DNA from: Gekko japonicus
Lineage: Eukaryota
Length of the DNA stretch: 64,000 nt
Direction: 5' to 3'
Assembly: GCF_001447785.1 (NCBI RefSeq)
Contig: NW_015164182.1
Coordinates: forward strand, 853,525 to 917,524
Below the pieces are notes generated by a model. It searched no databases. It was not told the DNA's origin and saw only the letters and a program-made list of their open reading frames with translations. This document shows, piece by piece, positions 14,001 to 25,715 of the stretch. Every line of letters starts with the position of its first letter. The stretch's first letter is position 1. Both the position numbers and the translations under genes were made by a program.

Positions 14001-14400
14001 CTGGCTCTGGTCTTTTGGTCTCTGTACAGAGAGCAGTCTGCTTGGAATGGGGGCAAAAACGTTGCCATCTTTTTGCTTATCCCTATTCATTTGGAAGGGG
14101 CTGGTGCAGAAGCAGCTTCCCACAGGCTCTGTGTGTAAGCCCCAGCAGGAAGAAGAACAAATGCCAGCACACTGCCAGTTTTCAGTTGAAGGAAACAGGG
14201 GCACATCTCCTTGAGGCTCAGTTTCAGGGGCAACGGCTCAACTTCCAAGGGGTGAAAAACAAAATTTTTTTTTGAAAAAAGAATAAAACTTATTCGATGT
14301 TGGCAAAGATTTTAAAAGTTTCGGAACACATTTTAAAAACCATCTTTGGATTTTAAATGTTTGTTTTAAAACAGACCATGAAATTTAGCATTAATTTAAA

Positions 14401-15706
14401 TTTATTGAAAAGAAGAAAAGTTTTTACTGCTTGACCATACTTAAAAGAAAATGACAATTCATCACATTTACTTTGATTAAAAAAAGGACTAAACTTTATT
14501 GACAAACTGCTGCAGACATCTCAACAATTTTTAGCTACCTATTTAGGCAGGCTTACACACGTAGTAGTAGGCATTTAATCTTCCAAGAACAAAATGGGAC
14601 AGTGTACAAATCCAGGTAGGACTTAGATCTATGTACAAAATGAAGTTCACTTTCTCCATGGTGGCTTTTTTCAGCTGCAGTGTCCCTTTTTAAACATAAT
14701 GCTCGTGCTGAGATACACTTGAACATGTCATTGGAATGGCTACGTTGACAGTTTTGCCAATTTTAAGCATGACCTCCATTATAGACTACGAACATGGTCA
14801 AGTGTTTAGCTCTTCATTTAAAAAAAAGAAAAGAAAAAAAGACACAATGCACAGCTACTGTTCATTTAATACTTCCTAATATCAAAACACTGGGCAGTTA
14901 TAGAGCAATAAAAAATTACAGAGCAGCTTGATGTCCACTTCTCTTAAAAGTTTCTCACACAGAATTAATCTAAGAACAATTTTTTTGGGTGGAAACCTTC
15001 TTCCACTACATCTCAGCTAGATTTCAAAACCCATAAGGGAAACGTCACCATTATAAACCTAATTTTTTTTAGTTATACTAAATGAAAGCAACAACAAAAA
15101 TTACTGTTTAATTTGTTAAGAAGGATTTTCTCTATTAACATTTAAACTTAAGATTAATCAAGCAATCTGCTTTTAAGGGCAAAGTTTTGATGTGAGGTTG
15201 CTTTTAAACTGCGGCAGTCATTACTATTACATTATAGTTTTAATTCATAAAAAAAAACACCTCTGAATTTTGAAATGTAGCCTACTTTGGGGATTCTGTC
15301 ACTACAGCTTTCATGGGTTGCCTAAAAACCCAGCAAAATACTTAAAGATTAACAGACTTTAGTTTCATAACTGGTAAGCAAGCATGTCACTTTTGAAACT
15401 AACAATTTAACTCAACTTTTTAAAAAGGTACAGTTGTGTTATATATCTAAACAGAAAGAAAAGCAATCTACACACTTAAAAATTGAATTCGGTCTTCTAT
15501 ATCTAACCCATTTTAAAATACTACGTACAGCAGCTAGAATGCAGGGTCGGTGGTGGCAGGGATGGAGGTGGGAGAAAAAGGGATTCAGAGAAAAATCAGG
15601 GAGACAATTACTTGTCTGTTGTGGGTAAAGCAACAGGAATCCTGGGAGATACAAGAATCAGAAACAACTGTTTGCTCATATGTGATATTTTCCCCTCATG
15701 AATGCT
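14401..15706 (-). other. KHDRBS1: KHDRBS1 3' UTR with AATAAA signals at 14500-14495 and 14406-14401
   Basis: AT-rich, TE-free sequence after the stop codon, with two tttatt hexamers on the plus strand. Confidence 0.7.
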
Positions 15707-15804
15707 TTAATAGCGGCCGTATGGGTGTTCTCTGTATGCTCCCTTCACTGGCCTAGCCGGGGGGGCCTTGAGTGAGGGCCTGGTTCCATTCCAATCATCT
15801 TGAC
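15707..15804 (-). CDS. KHDRBS1: KHDRBS1 exon 9 (last coding exon)
   Basis: ctgcag| then GQDDWNGTRPSLKAPPARPVKGAYREHPYGRY* (PY-NLS), 98 nt. Confidence 0.97.
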
Positions 15805-15950
15805 CTGCAGAAAGGAAAAAAGTACCTTAATATGCTGGGCTGAGACAAAAAGGCTGTCACAACCCCATTGTTAGATCTCCCTGAAAAGCCTTGAGGTAGG
15901 GATTTCAGAATACCGCCAAACTGTGTATATTTGGGGTGTCAAATACACCA

Positions 15951-16027
15951 TGTCCTGGACCAGCCCAAGATAGCTCGTTCTGGACAGATCTCGGAAGCGA
16001 AGCAGGGTTGGCCCTGGTTAGTACTCT
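15951..16027 (+). mobile_element. 5S-derived SINE fragment
   Basis: CAGATCTCGGAAGCGAAGCAGGGTTGGCCCTGGTTAGTACT. Confidence 0.7.
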
Positions 16028-17409
16028 GATACTGTTACATGCACATTCACAGTTCTTAATGCTGTTTCCTTTTAAAGTGCCGCCTTTTCCTCTGTAAAGC
16101 CAGACGAAAATTTGGCAGCAGGATTTTGCTGTCTCTTTTCATGCTCCATTGCCCTAACCTTTAGTTGCTCTGAGAAACTGCAAGTGTGCAAGAAAAGATG
16201 ACATAATCCTTGGAGGGAGAATCAATTGTTCTTCCCAAACGTAACACTTGAAATAACAAACAGATTCAGAGTAACAGTTTGGGGAAAACTGAGCATACAG
16301 GAAGCTCCTTTCAAGACAAAAGGAAATTGGTTCTGTTGATTTCCATCCTCTTTTGACTAGATAAGGCCTCAAAGAAACAGGCTTTCAATTCAGCCTGGTT
16401 GGTTCCCAATAGGTAACCAATTTCAGCAAAATAAATGTGCCAAATCCCCACAGGTACACTAGTTGTGCTATGGACCATACAATGCTGTTCCCTGCAGTGG
16501 CACATACAATTTATTTTTCGCATTTTGTCTGCGGGAAAGCAGACACCAAAGAAAATTGCTGTGACTGAACTAATTAACAGCAGCAAAGTCATGCCTAGTG
16601 TACCAGAGCTTTTGTTCTGTGCAACACAGTCAGACCAGAGGAGTCACAGTAATTATGAAGAGGCAAAAAACTGCACCCCTTACTGGCCAAAGGACAAGGA
16701 GGCAAGGGGTATTGTGATGAATGACCAAGCCTGCCATTTCTGCACCCTTCTGGGATGAAGGGTGGCCTCCGGGTGTACAGCTCTATCTATTCACATTTAA
16801 CAGAGAATCCTCATTCTATTCCATATTCAAAATTCCATGACTGCACTGTACCAACGTAGGATTCAGCATCCTGAAGAACAGCTTGCAAATGCAAATATAA
16901 AAGTTTCTATCCCTTTATATTTGGGTATGGGCTGCAAACTTCCTCAGAGGAGAAGAGCCTCCCTTGAGCTTTAGGTCCTCATAACAGCCTTCTTCCCTCC
17001 CCACAACTAGTAGAATTATGCAAATCTGCATAAATTATATGGCTATAAGAAGATGCCTTTCTTGTCAACCTAATGACAATTTAGGACAAATGCCACTGGC
17101 ACTTGGGATTTCCAGGACAGAATCCTAAAACCTGTATTGATGGCACTCTTCTACAATCAGAATATTCCTAATATCACCCCTGAAAGCACCAGACGAGAGC
17201 AACAGAAAGTGAGATGCCATCTGAGCAGGCTGGTTCTCAGTTGGAGAAAAAGACCCCCCCCCCTTCTCAAAAAACTATCAGTGCGGGCTGTCTTTTGCAT
17301 TTGTGTTAAATGCAGAAAACAACAAGAAGCCAGTACAGACACAGAGCTAAACAGTTTCCAAGTGAACTTTTGCCTGCCTTTGCCAGAGCCATAAAGTTTG
17401 AGGACATAC

Positions 17410-17468
17410 CATATGCTTCATAGGATTCTTGTGCCTCACCATGCCCGTAATCATAATATTCAGTTTCC
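17410..17468 (-). CDS. KHDRBS1: KHDRBS1 exon 8
   Basis: ETEYYDYGHGEAQESYEAY, 59 nt, flanked by AG and GT. Confidence 0.97.
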
Positions 17469-17477
17469 CTGCAAAAA

Positions 17478-17500
17478 AGAGAGAGAGAGAGAGAGAGAGA
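17478..17500. repeat. (GA)n microsatellite serving as the polypyrimidine tract of the exon 8 acceptor
   Basis: An agagag... run sits just upstream of the exon 8 AG on the minus strand. Confidence 0.8.
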
Positions 17501-18006
17501 CAGGGAACAATTACGGCTTGAGACAGTGATAGTGGTTTCTTTCCAAACATCTCTACCATTTCTATTCAGTGTATCCCACCATCCGAGGGGTCATCACGTG
17601 CTCCAACCACCCAGCTAACATTTCCCTAGCCATGAGAATCATGCTTTCTTGTGATGCTGTGTACTAGGTACATATCAGCATAACTCAGGGGCAGCTTCCA
17701 GTGTCCACAATTGGACAAGGAGGAGGCTGGTGACAATTAGGGGTGTGCATTTAGATTTACCGACCAGAACCCACCCACCCACCCCCCGGAAAGAAAATCC
17801 TTTTCAGCATTCCGAAACAGCTTCCCTGAGCTGTTTCGGAAAGCCAAAAAAAAAATGCCGGATTTTTTTTGGGTTCCCCCCCAAAAAACGGCTCAGGGTG
17901 TGTGTGTGTTAAAGTTTAAAGGGCGCCAGTCTCTTGTTTTTCCTGCTGGTTTTAGCCTCTTGCTGTGATTTCCAGGAGGGAGGGGGAAGAGGGACCTACC
18001 AGACAG

Positions 18007-18204
18007 CCAATCACTGCAATGCATTTCCAAATGCCATTGCAGCTTGCAACTTTTTGCAAGGATGTTGTTGCTGCTGGAAGCCCAAGTACTAGCTTTCCCA
18101 GGGAAGGAGAACTGGCCAATAGGATTTGGCATACTGCTCTCTGGCCAATCACAGAACTTTGTTCCTTTTTGAAATCCTTCTGTGTATGCCCAGAGAGTAT
18201 AAAA
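18007..18204 (+). promoter_or_regulatory. Putative internal Pol II promoter of the hAT element
   Basis: CCAAT boxes at 18007, 18116 and 18145, and TATAAAA at 18198-18204. Confidence 0.5.
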
Positions 18205-19730
18205 GCAGGGGTCTCTGCAGCCTGAATCCATTCTGTTCCTGCTGCTGCTGAGAGAGAGCCTTGGAGATTGAGTGGCTGGCTTGCTTCTGCTGCTTCACGC
18301 ACTGCTCTGAGCCGGCGTTCCTCAGTTTCCTGCTGCTGCGCTGCTGGCTTCGGATCAAAACAACAGAAGAAGACTGAAGATATCACTGGTTTGAAATTAT
18401 ATTAGGGCCACTTTTAAAAACTTTTCTTTATTTCTTGTGGGTTGGGCCTGGGGTTAGTGTGGTGGTGGATAGGCCTCTACTTGCATTTTTTTTGGGGGGA
18501 GGGTTCTTCTAGTTTGTGGTTTTGCCAGCCCGTTTGTTTTTTCAATTCAATTTTTTTTTTTTTTTACTGTGCTTCATTTTTTTATTGGCTTGTTGTTGGA
18601 GCTTTTTCTGGGAGGGGGGGTTTAGTGAGTAGGCCTTCTGCCTGGGGCCTAGGCTATCTGGTTTTGGTTCCTGTTTGTCCTTTGGTTCTGTTGCTTTTGC
18701 AGGTTTAATTTTTTAAAGTTCCTTGTATTGTTTGTGTTTGTTCTTTGCTGGGCTTGTTGGTGAGTGGTTTTTTTTTTTTTGGGGGGGGGGTTACTAGGCC
18801 TTCTCAGGGCCTAGTCTCTGTTACCTTTTAGTGGTTCTTCTGTCACTGTGCCTTTTAGCAGGTTTTGTTGTTTTGTGGAGGGGATTTTTGGCTTTCAGTT
18901 TCTTAGGCGTAGGGGTCACTGCTCTGTGTGTGCTTCTGGTTTAGCTGCTGCACCACTGTTAAGTAGGCTTTTAATAAAGGTTTCAGGTTTATTTTTAACT
19001 AATATTTTAAAACAAATCTCAGTATAGGGCTTTAGCTGTTCTACCTTTAACTAGGCCAGTGCTAGGAGGACAAAGAGGCCAGATTTGTCTTCACCTCATA
19101 AAACAGAGGTTTAAGTAGCATATAACTTTTTAAAAAGTAGTGTGCTGTGTTTGTGCTCTGACTGAACTTCGGTGAAGCCAGGCACTTTTCCCCTTTAGCT
19201 TGTGTGTTTCAATTAGGGAGCACCTCCTGCATTCCACAGGGAATCAGGCTGGTTCCAGCAGAATCTAGATAGGAGTAGTTTAAAACCCTAACACTTTTTA
19301 AAAGGTTTCCAAGCCACATCTCAATAATAGTCTTTAAACCATAGTCAGGGTCAGTGTAGGAATTCACTAGTTCTAAAAAAAACCAAGAAAAAAAGCAAAA
19401 ATCCAAACTGCAGCAAGGTTAGGCTCTACTGAAAGAAACAAAAACCTAGTTTTTGGGTGGGAGGGTTTATGAAAAGGTGAGAGGCTGCTTTAGGATCAAG
19501 TGATAGTGCAGGTAAGTTAGGTGCCTAATACCCTCCCCACAAGTTAGGCTGAGTTTGGCCAGGGGCAACATGAGTGACAGGAGGGGAACGCAGAGGGGCC
19601 CTGGGGGCAAGGCTAAGCAGAAGACTAGAGGGGTGGAGGGAAGGGGGACAGCCTCGCTCCCCCCCCCCCTCAGCGCAGGACTACAACAGAGCATCCTGGC
19701 ACCACTCCAACCTTAGGCCGGAGTGGTGCC

Positions 19731-21810
19731 ATGAAGGAGCCATGCCTGGTTCTCTTCCCTGAGAATGCTTCTGGGATGGCCCCAGCAGAGGTGCCTGCAG
19801 GTGCTGGCACTGGGCAGGGGTCTGCTGCTCAGGCAGTCCCTCCTCAAGCTGTTGCTGCTGAGCCTCAGTGGCAGGAGGAGGTACAGCCAGAGCTGTCTTT
19901 GGGGTTGAGCTTTGGAGACAATTTTCAGAGCTCACTCCACGGACTAAGAGGGTTCTAGAGGCACTGGAGGAGGAGCTGGCTGGCCAGTCCACAGCTCCGG
20001 TTTCTCTAGGCTCCAGCAGGCCTCCTGAGGGACAGGAGAAGAGCCTGGGAGAGGAGAAAGAGATGGTGATGTACCCCAAGCACCTATCTCAACCCCTTCC
20101 CTCTGCTCAGCCATCTCTTCCTGCCCTCCAAAGTCACGGTGTATCTGGCCCGAGCTCCTCACAGGATGCAGCTCCGGGGATGCCCATGGCTACTGGTCAG
20201 CGTGGGTGCCCCTTCACCTCTGAAGACTGGAACCACGTCCGGGTGACAGAGGATCCCCGCTTTGCACAGTGGCAGTTGTGTAGGGCCCAGGTAAATCGAG
20301 GGAACGACATTGGCCATCTCTCGACCTCCAGGCTGTGGAACCATCTGAAGAAGCACCACCAGGCGGTGCTTCTTTAGGGGGAGAGACAGGCTGCTGCTGG
20401 GGTGCCCAAGTGGCCGCCGCCAGCCAGGAAGTGAGTCATCCTGCTACCACCTCCAGTGCTCTCTCTGCGCATTCTGTGGTAGGGACAGGGCAGGGACGCC
20501 AAGCATCTCTGACGGAGATGTTTGGCGACGTTGGCACTAGTGCCTAAGGGGGGGAAGCAGCAGGCTAGCAAGAGGGTCACTTGCCTCATTGCTGAGATGC
20601 TTGCTCTAGACGGTTGCCTCTTCTCCACGACTGAAGACATCGGTTTCCTCAGGCTGCTCCAGGATGCCTATCCCTGGAACACACCCCCTGCTCGCACCAC
20701 ACTGAGCAGGACCGTGATGCACAGGGCTGCCAGGGACCACGTGAAGGCACAGTTGTCCCGCGCTCGTGGGAGATATGTGCACTTCATGTCTGACATCTGG
20801 ACCTCCTGTCAGGCGCACGATTCTTATCTTTCATTGACTGCAAACTGGTGGCAACCAAGCAATGTTTTGGGTGGGGGAGGGGAAACTAGTGTCAGGCAGG
20901 GTTAGGGGCACCGGGCCGGCTACTGCCAGGCTCTGCTCCACATCAAGAAACTCGATGGGTCGCACACAGTGGACACAGTGGACAACATCAAGGCCACCAT
21001 CGAGAGACAGTGGGGTGGGTAGGCAGGGACATCACCAGGGGCTTCATGGTGACCAATGGTGGTATTAGGGCAGCGACAAAGTGACTCGTCCTGATGCACA
21101 TTTACTGTGTGGCCCACCTTCTCCAGGACGAGCAGACATGGCTCCAGCGGTGTGGACGCTGGGGAGAAGGCTGCAAAGTGGACTTGAGGAATGCTTTTGG
21201 TCTATCCTCCGGCAGAAGGTCTACATAATGGTGACCATGTGTGACCCGCGCATCAAGGGCAGGATCGCGGAGAGGGCCAATGAGTTCACTCAATGGCGAG
21301 ACAAGCTCTCCTGGTGAGTTGAGCGCATGTGGGCCACGTTGCCACAAGCTGGGGGGGGGGGGGGGCCAGCTCCACTGCTGTTCACCCCCCACCTCCCCTG
21401 CTAGCCAGTGTCTCCCCCCCCCCATGGCTCCCGATACGACAAGTGTTGAGATGGCAGTCATCAGGCGGATCTTTGGCCCCTCTCCTGGGAGCGGCAGGTG
21501 CACAAGAGAGGACACAGCAGCTGCAATGGTGAGGGAGTACCTTGTGGAACCCTACGAGTCGCAGGCAACCTGTCCACTGAGTTACTGAGCCATGAAGGCA
21601 GTGGTCTGGCTGGACGTCTATCCCGTGGCCCAGAAGCTCCTCTCATGCCCTCTGACAAGCGTGCAGAGTGAGTGCGTTTCCCCCCAATGCAGGCGACATT
21701 GTCTGCTCGCATCACTCACACCTGCTCCCCTGGTCAGTTGAGCAGTTGGTCTTCCTGAAGGTCAACTTGCCACTGTTTGGTTTCCCGGTCCTAGACTTTG
21801 AGAGTGATTG
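19731..21810 (+). pseudogene. hAT transposase remnant (BED zinc finger, DDE, dimerisation domain)
   Basis: WNH...LC...STSRLWNHLKKHH is BED-like and HFMSDIWTS is the catalytic D. PLSY...LLSCPLTSVQSE...LVFLKVN matches hATC. Multiple stops and frameshifts. Confidence 0.85.
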
Positions 21811-22444
21811 AAGTGAGCACGCATACTTGTGCCTGCATCCCCTCTTGGCCCGTGCTGGGAAGCTGGGTTACAACACTCTTCCCTAGAGAGGCTAGGGAGA
21901 AGTAGCAGCCAGGGCCATTACCAGTTTGATTGGCACAGAAATGCCCCACCAATCTCCCCACTTCCATCCATCCCACCTGCAGCAAAAATACCTCCACAGA
22001 ACCCTGGTAGCCGTGCAGTGGAGGGTGATGTTGAAGGTGGTGCCTGTATGCACCTAAATTACACTGCCAACCACCCCAAAACAAAATTGCATGCTGAAAT
22101 TGAAACAGCAGCACAAAAACTGTTTTCCATTTGAACAACGTAGAGTAAGGCCAAGCAGCCAGAAACCAGCAGAACCCACAGGAGCACCATAAATAATGAA
22201 TGTAAATGAATGTTGTTTATTGAAAAATAATTTTCTTTTGCAAGGGTGAGGTAGGAAAGGGAGGGAGAGCCTGTGATGAAGGGTAGCTGCCGCACCTAAG
22301 CTAAACCTCCTCCGAGGCAGGCAGTGATGGTTGGTGTTGGGTGTACTGCTGCGAGAAAGGAGGATCAGTGGACAGATAGACACTAACCCCTCCCTCTCAC
22401 TTTCTGAGGCATTAGTGGACAAGGCTTCTTGTGGTGATTACTAA

Positions 22445-22850
22445 CTTGCACAGGTTCTGCCCCCTCAGGTTCTGCTGCAGAGATTCTCCTATTTGACCTG
22501 TGTTCTGTTGGGTTTGGCACTGGTTCTGGGGGCCACATTGCACCAGTTCTGCTGCTGCTGGTCTGGCAAACATGCTCCCTCAGTTTATGCTGCAGAGGTC
22601 CTCTGTTTTGTCTTGAGTTGTACTGGGTTTAGGCACTGACTGCCACAGTGGCACAGGTTCTGGGGGCTGCCACATTGCACTGGTTCTGCTGCTGATGGCC
22701 TGGCAAACATGCTCCCTCAGTTTATATGGCAGAGATTCTCTGATCTGAACTGAGTCCAGTTGGGATTGGGCACTGACTGGCACAGTGGCACTGGTTCTGG
22801 GGGGCACATTGCACAGGTTATGCTGCTGGCATGGGAAACATGCCCCCTCA
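22445..22850. repeat. Degenerate tandem repeat (~135-140 bp, about 3 copies) inside the hAT
   Basis: Recurring GGCACTGGTTCTGGGGG..CACATTGCAC..GTTCTGCTGCTG..GGCAAACATGCTCCCTCAG. Confidence 0.75.
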
Positions 22851-23104
22851 CACCATCACCACACCTCACTTGCTTTCTTACAGAGAGACTCTTGGGGAGA
22901 CAATGGCCCCATAGAATATAATAGACCTGAATTCTTTCAGATATCCGAAATTTTTTAAATACCTATACAATACTGGTATTGGTATTCGGGGTTTTTCGGA
23001 TTTCCCGAAAAAAACCGAGTTCAATATATCCGAATTCGGAAAAAAACCAAACAATTTTTCCCCCCTGCACACCCCTAGTGACAATGGTACTGGGAAGAAA
23101 ATAC

Positions 23105-23190
23105 AACAGAAGTTCAGTGGCACCCTAGAGACTAACAACATTCATTTCAATGTGAGCTTTTGTGAGTCACAGCCCACTTTCTCAGACAGG
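23105..23190 (-). mobile_element. Penelope-like terminal remnant
   Basis: GGCACCCTAGAGACTAAC...GAGCTTTTGTGAGTCACAGCCCACTTTCTCAGA belongs to the same family as 7160 and 63510. Confidence 0.55.
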
Positions 23191-23587
23191 TACATGAAAG
23201 GAAAAATTGTACAGCAAATTTTTATGGGAAAGGTTGTGGGTGGTTGGGGGAAGTCAATGCTTGGGATGGATTACACTATGAGTCTTTCAAGTGTAAATCT
23301 CAAAGCAACGGGACAAGGGAGATGCTGTAGAAAGGCTAGCTGTGAGTCTCATCAGGAAGAGACACAAAGGCTCAGTGGAGCAGATGGAGCTCAGTGGCTG
23401 CTCAGTGACAGTGAGAAGTCCCTCTGCTGCAGTTCTCCAAGCACCATTTGATGTTGCCTTCCCTGGTCCAGGGAAAACCGGCTATTCCATCATGGTGCAC
23501 ACAACCCTGCAGCAGAGACCAAAATGCTCTGTGCATCTCAAATATTTGTTAGCATGAAGACATCAGGCCCTCCACTGGATCACTTAC

Positions 23588-23655
23588 TGTTGACCCTGAC
23601 TGTAGTAGCCTTCATACCCTTCATAGCTTTGCTCCGCGTAAGCATCGTCATAGCC
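23588..23655 (-). CDS. KHDRBS1: KHDRBS1 exon 7
   Basis: GYDDAYAEQSYEGYEGYYSQGQ, 68 nt, ttcag| ... |gtaagt. Confidence 0.97.
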
Positions 23656-24792
23656 CTGAAACGAACAAAGAGGTTAGGAGGAAGTCACTACCCTAAAGGC
23701 ATAACAGCAAAGAAGAATACAATCTGGAAGGACAGGGTGACTTTTCTACATAGCGTAAGCCAAGAAATTTGGGGGAAGGTGGCAACCCCCCCCTACTGTT
23801 CTATCTTGCATGTAGATGGCTGTCCAAGTAACAGCTTTAAGAATGTTTCACACATTTAAATACACACACACAAAATATTAAGTGTACATATAACCCCCCC
23901 CCCATGTGTGAATGTAATAAACTATGGTACAGAAACACCTTTCAGAATCACGGGGGGGGGGGAGAGAATAACTGTATTGGTGCCAAAAAATGTAAGACTT
24001 CCCTGCACCCATCCAATCTTTCTCCTTTTTTTGTGGTTTACCTTGGGGTGTAGACCTGTTTTTTACAACTGTCACAACATCTTGACTGATGGTGTTTTTG
24101 CCACTCAATATATGAAATGGCTCTTCTGTTTACAAATTGTGGACCCATGACAAACTGTGCAGTTGTCACCATAAGACAGAATTTAGAAACTGTCTCTAAC
24201 CCTTTGAAACTTCCCTTCCAGTATTCTTCTAAGCTTTCAAGGGCTTGAGCAGACAGGATGATGTCCTGAACATTTTGTCCTGTCTGGTACTACTTCTCCT
24301 TTGGGTCAATTTACAAACCTATTTTGCTGCAAACCTGGGGAGTCCTTGGAGTATGCTGACACCCCTAGCTTTTGGATGGCCCCATTGTGTTGTTTTTGTC
24401 ATCTGCAAATGGGCCAGCCTTAAGCAGTCTTTTCCTAGAGCTTTCATCTAATCTTACTGCAGTAATTTTTTAGCAGGAAAATGTCAAATGAAGTCTGCTC
24501 TTCTCTCCCTTGCTTCAGTTTAATACTGCCAGCAAGGCAGCAAGTAAGCCCAATCCATTCTCAAGGGCAGTTACTTTTTACAGCAGGCAGATCCAAAGGT
24601 ATCAATTACAAGAAGTAGCTGTAGGTTATCAACGGTAAATACAACCATACAGGGTTTTAATGGAATTTTTCAATCAAATGCCATCCTTCTGATTTGTTTG
24701 ATGTTTTGTGTTTCTGTCGGACTGGTCAAGGGAACTTTTCATGCACTCGGGGTCCTGCCATGTTCTGAAACATGCATTACATAATTGCTTAC

Positions 24793-25006
24793 ATAATCTT
24801 CGTAAGCCTCTGGTGCAGGAGGGGGAGGAAGAGGTATTCTTTGAATGCCTGCTGCACGAGCTCTTGGGGTAGGGGCGCCTCTCACCGCTGGAAGAGGAGG
24901 AACACCACGGGCAACAGCTGCTCCTCTCGCAATGGCACCCCTCACTGGGGCCCCTCGTACCAGGGCTCCACGTGGAGGTGGTGGCGGAGGTCCCACGCCA
25001 CGTCCC
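24793..25006 (-). CDS. KHDRBS1: KHDRBS1 exon 6
   Basis: GRGVGPPPPPPRGALVRG...RIPLPPPPAPEAYEDY, 214 nt, flanked by AG and GT. Confidence 0.97.
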
Positions 25007-25715
25007 CTACAAATTTGAGGCAGGGGAGAGAGTAATCTGGCACACAAGTTAGCCCACATTAATGCTCTGACCAACAGAGGTTTAATCAGCAGAGATGCCT
25101 GACAAAATTCACTCTGAGCAACCTTGCTCTTTAAGGGACTAAAGCAGAGTCAGAAATGGCCACACAGGACACTCAGAATAAGCAGGAAAGATTATGCACC
25201 CACTAGGGTCACTCTAGACAGCTGACAGACTCCCCAGAATAGATATGGATAAAATAATGAACTTCACTGCTTTTAAATTTATCCCAAGTATTTATGGGAG
25301 TGACATTTCTGCTGAAGCAGCATCGCTCTGTGCCCAACACAAGGGCCAAATTCCATAATCAGTGCAATGAAACCCTACCTAATGGAGTCTGCTTTCAAGA
25401 TTTAAGCACTAAAAGAAGTTGAACAAGGGAAAAGGCATGAACACAGTGCCTGGACAGTAAAGCAGATGAGAGATTTTATGGCCCCAGCAGGGATTAGTGC
25501 AGAACACTTAAAACCACTTTCTTCTGGGTCAGGGGAAACTATAGGTTGTATCTAGAATAACTGTTCAATGGCAGAATGGGAGTTTCCTCCCTTCTCCCTA
25601 CCAAATGCTGTTCTTGTGGGATAGGGGACCCAGAGAAACTGCATGGGGGGGGGGTCTGTGGTGTAAAGGGGGAATTGTTGCAAACTGCCAACTTGAATCC
25701 AACCTCATGCCTCAC

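Larger units (their letters stand above)
17738..23077 (+). mobile_element. hAT DNA transposon, 5340 bp, degenerate transposase
   Basis: TIRs are TAGGGGTGTGCA / TGCACACCCCTA. A perfect 8-bp TSD GTGACAAT lies at 17730-17737 and 23078-23085. CCGAA/TTCGG subterminal repeats occur at both ends. Confidence 0.95.

Noticed and set aside
8800-14300. Short ORFs in the intergenic region as a hidden gene
   Set aside because: They show no recognisable homology, no coherent splice structure, and lengths expected by chance.
22445-22850. CRISPR-like repeat-spacer array
   Set aside because: These are degenerate tandem units inside a eukaryotic hAT element, with no unique spacers or cas genes.
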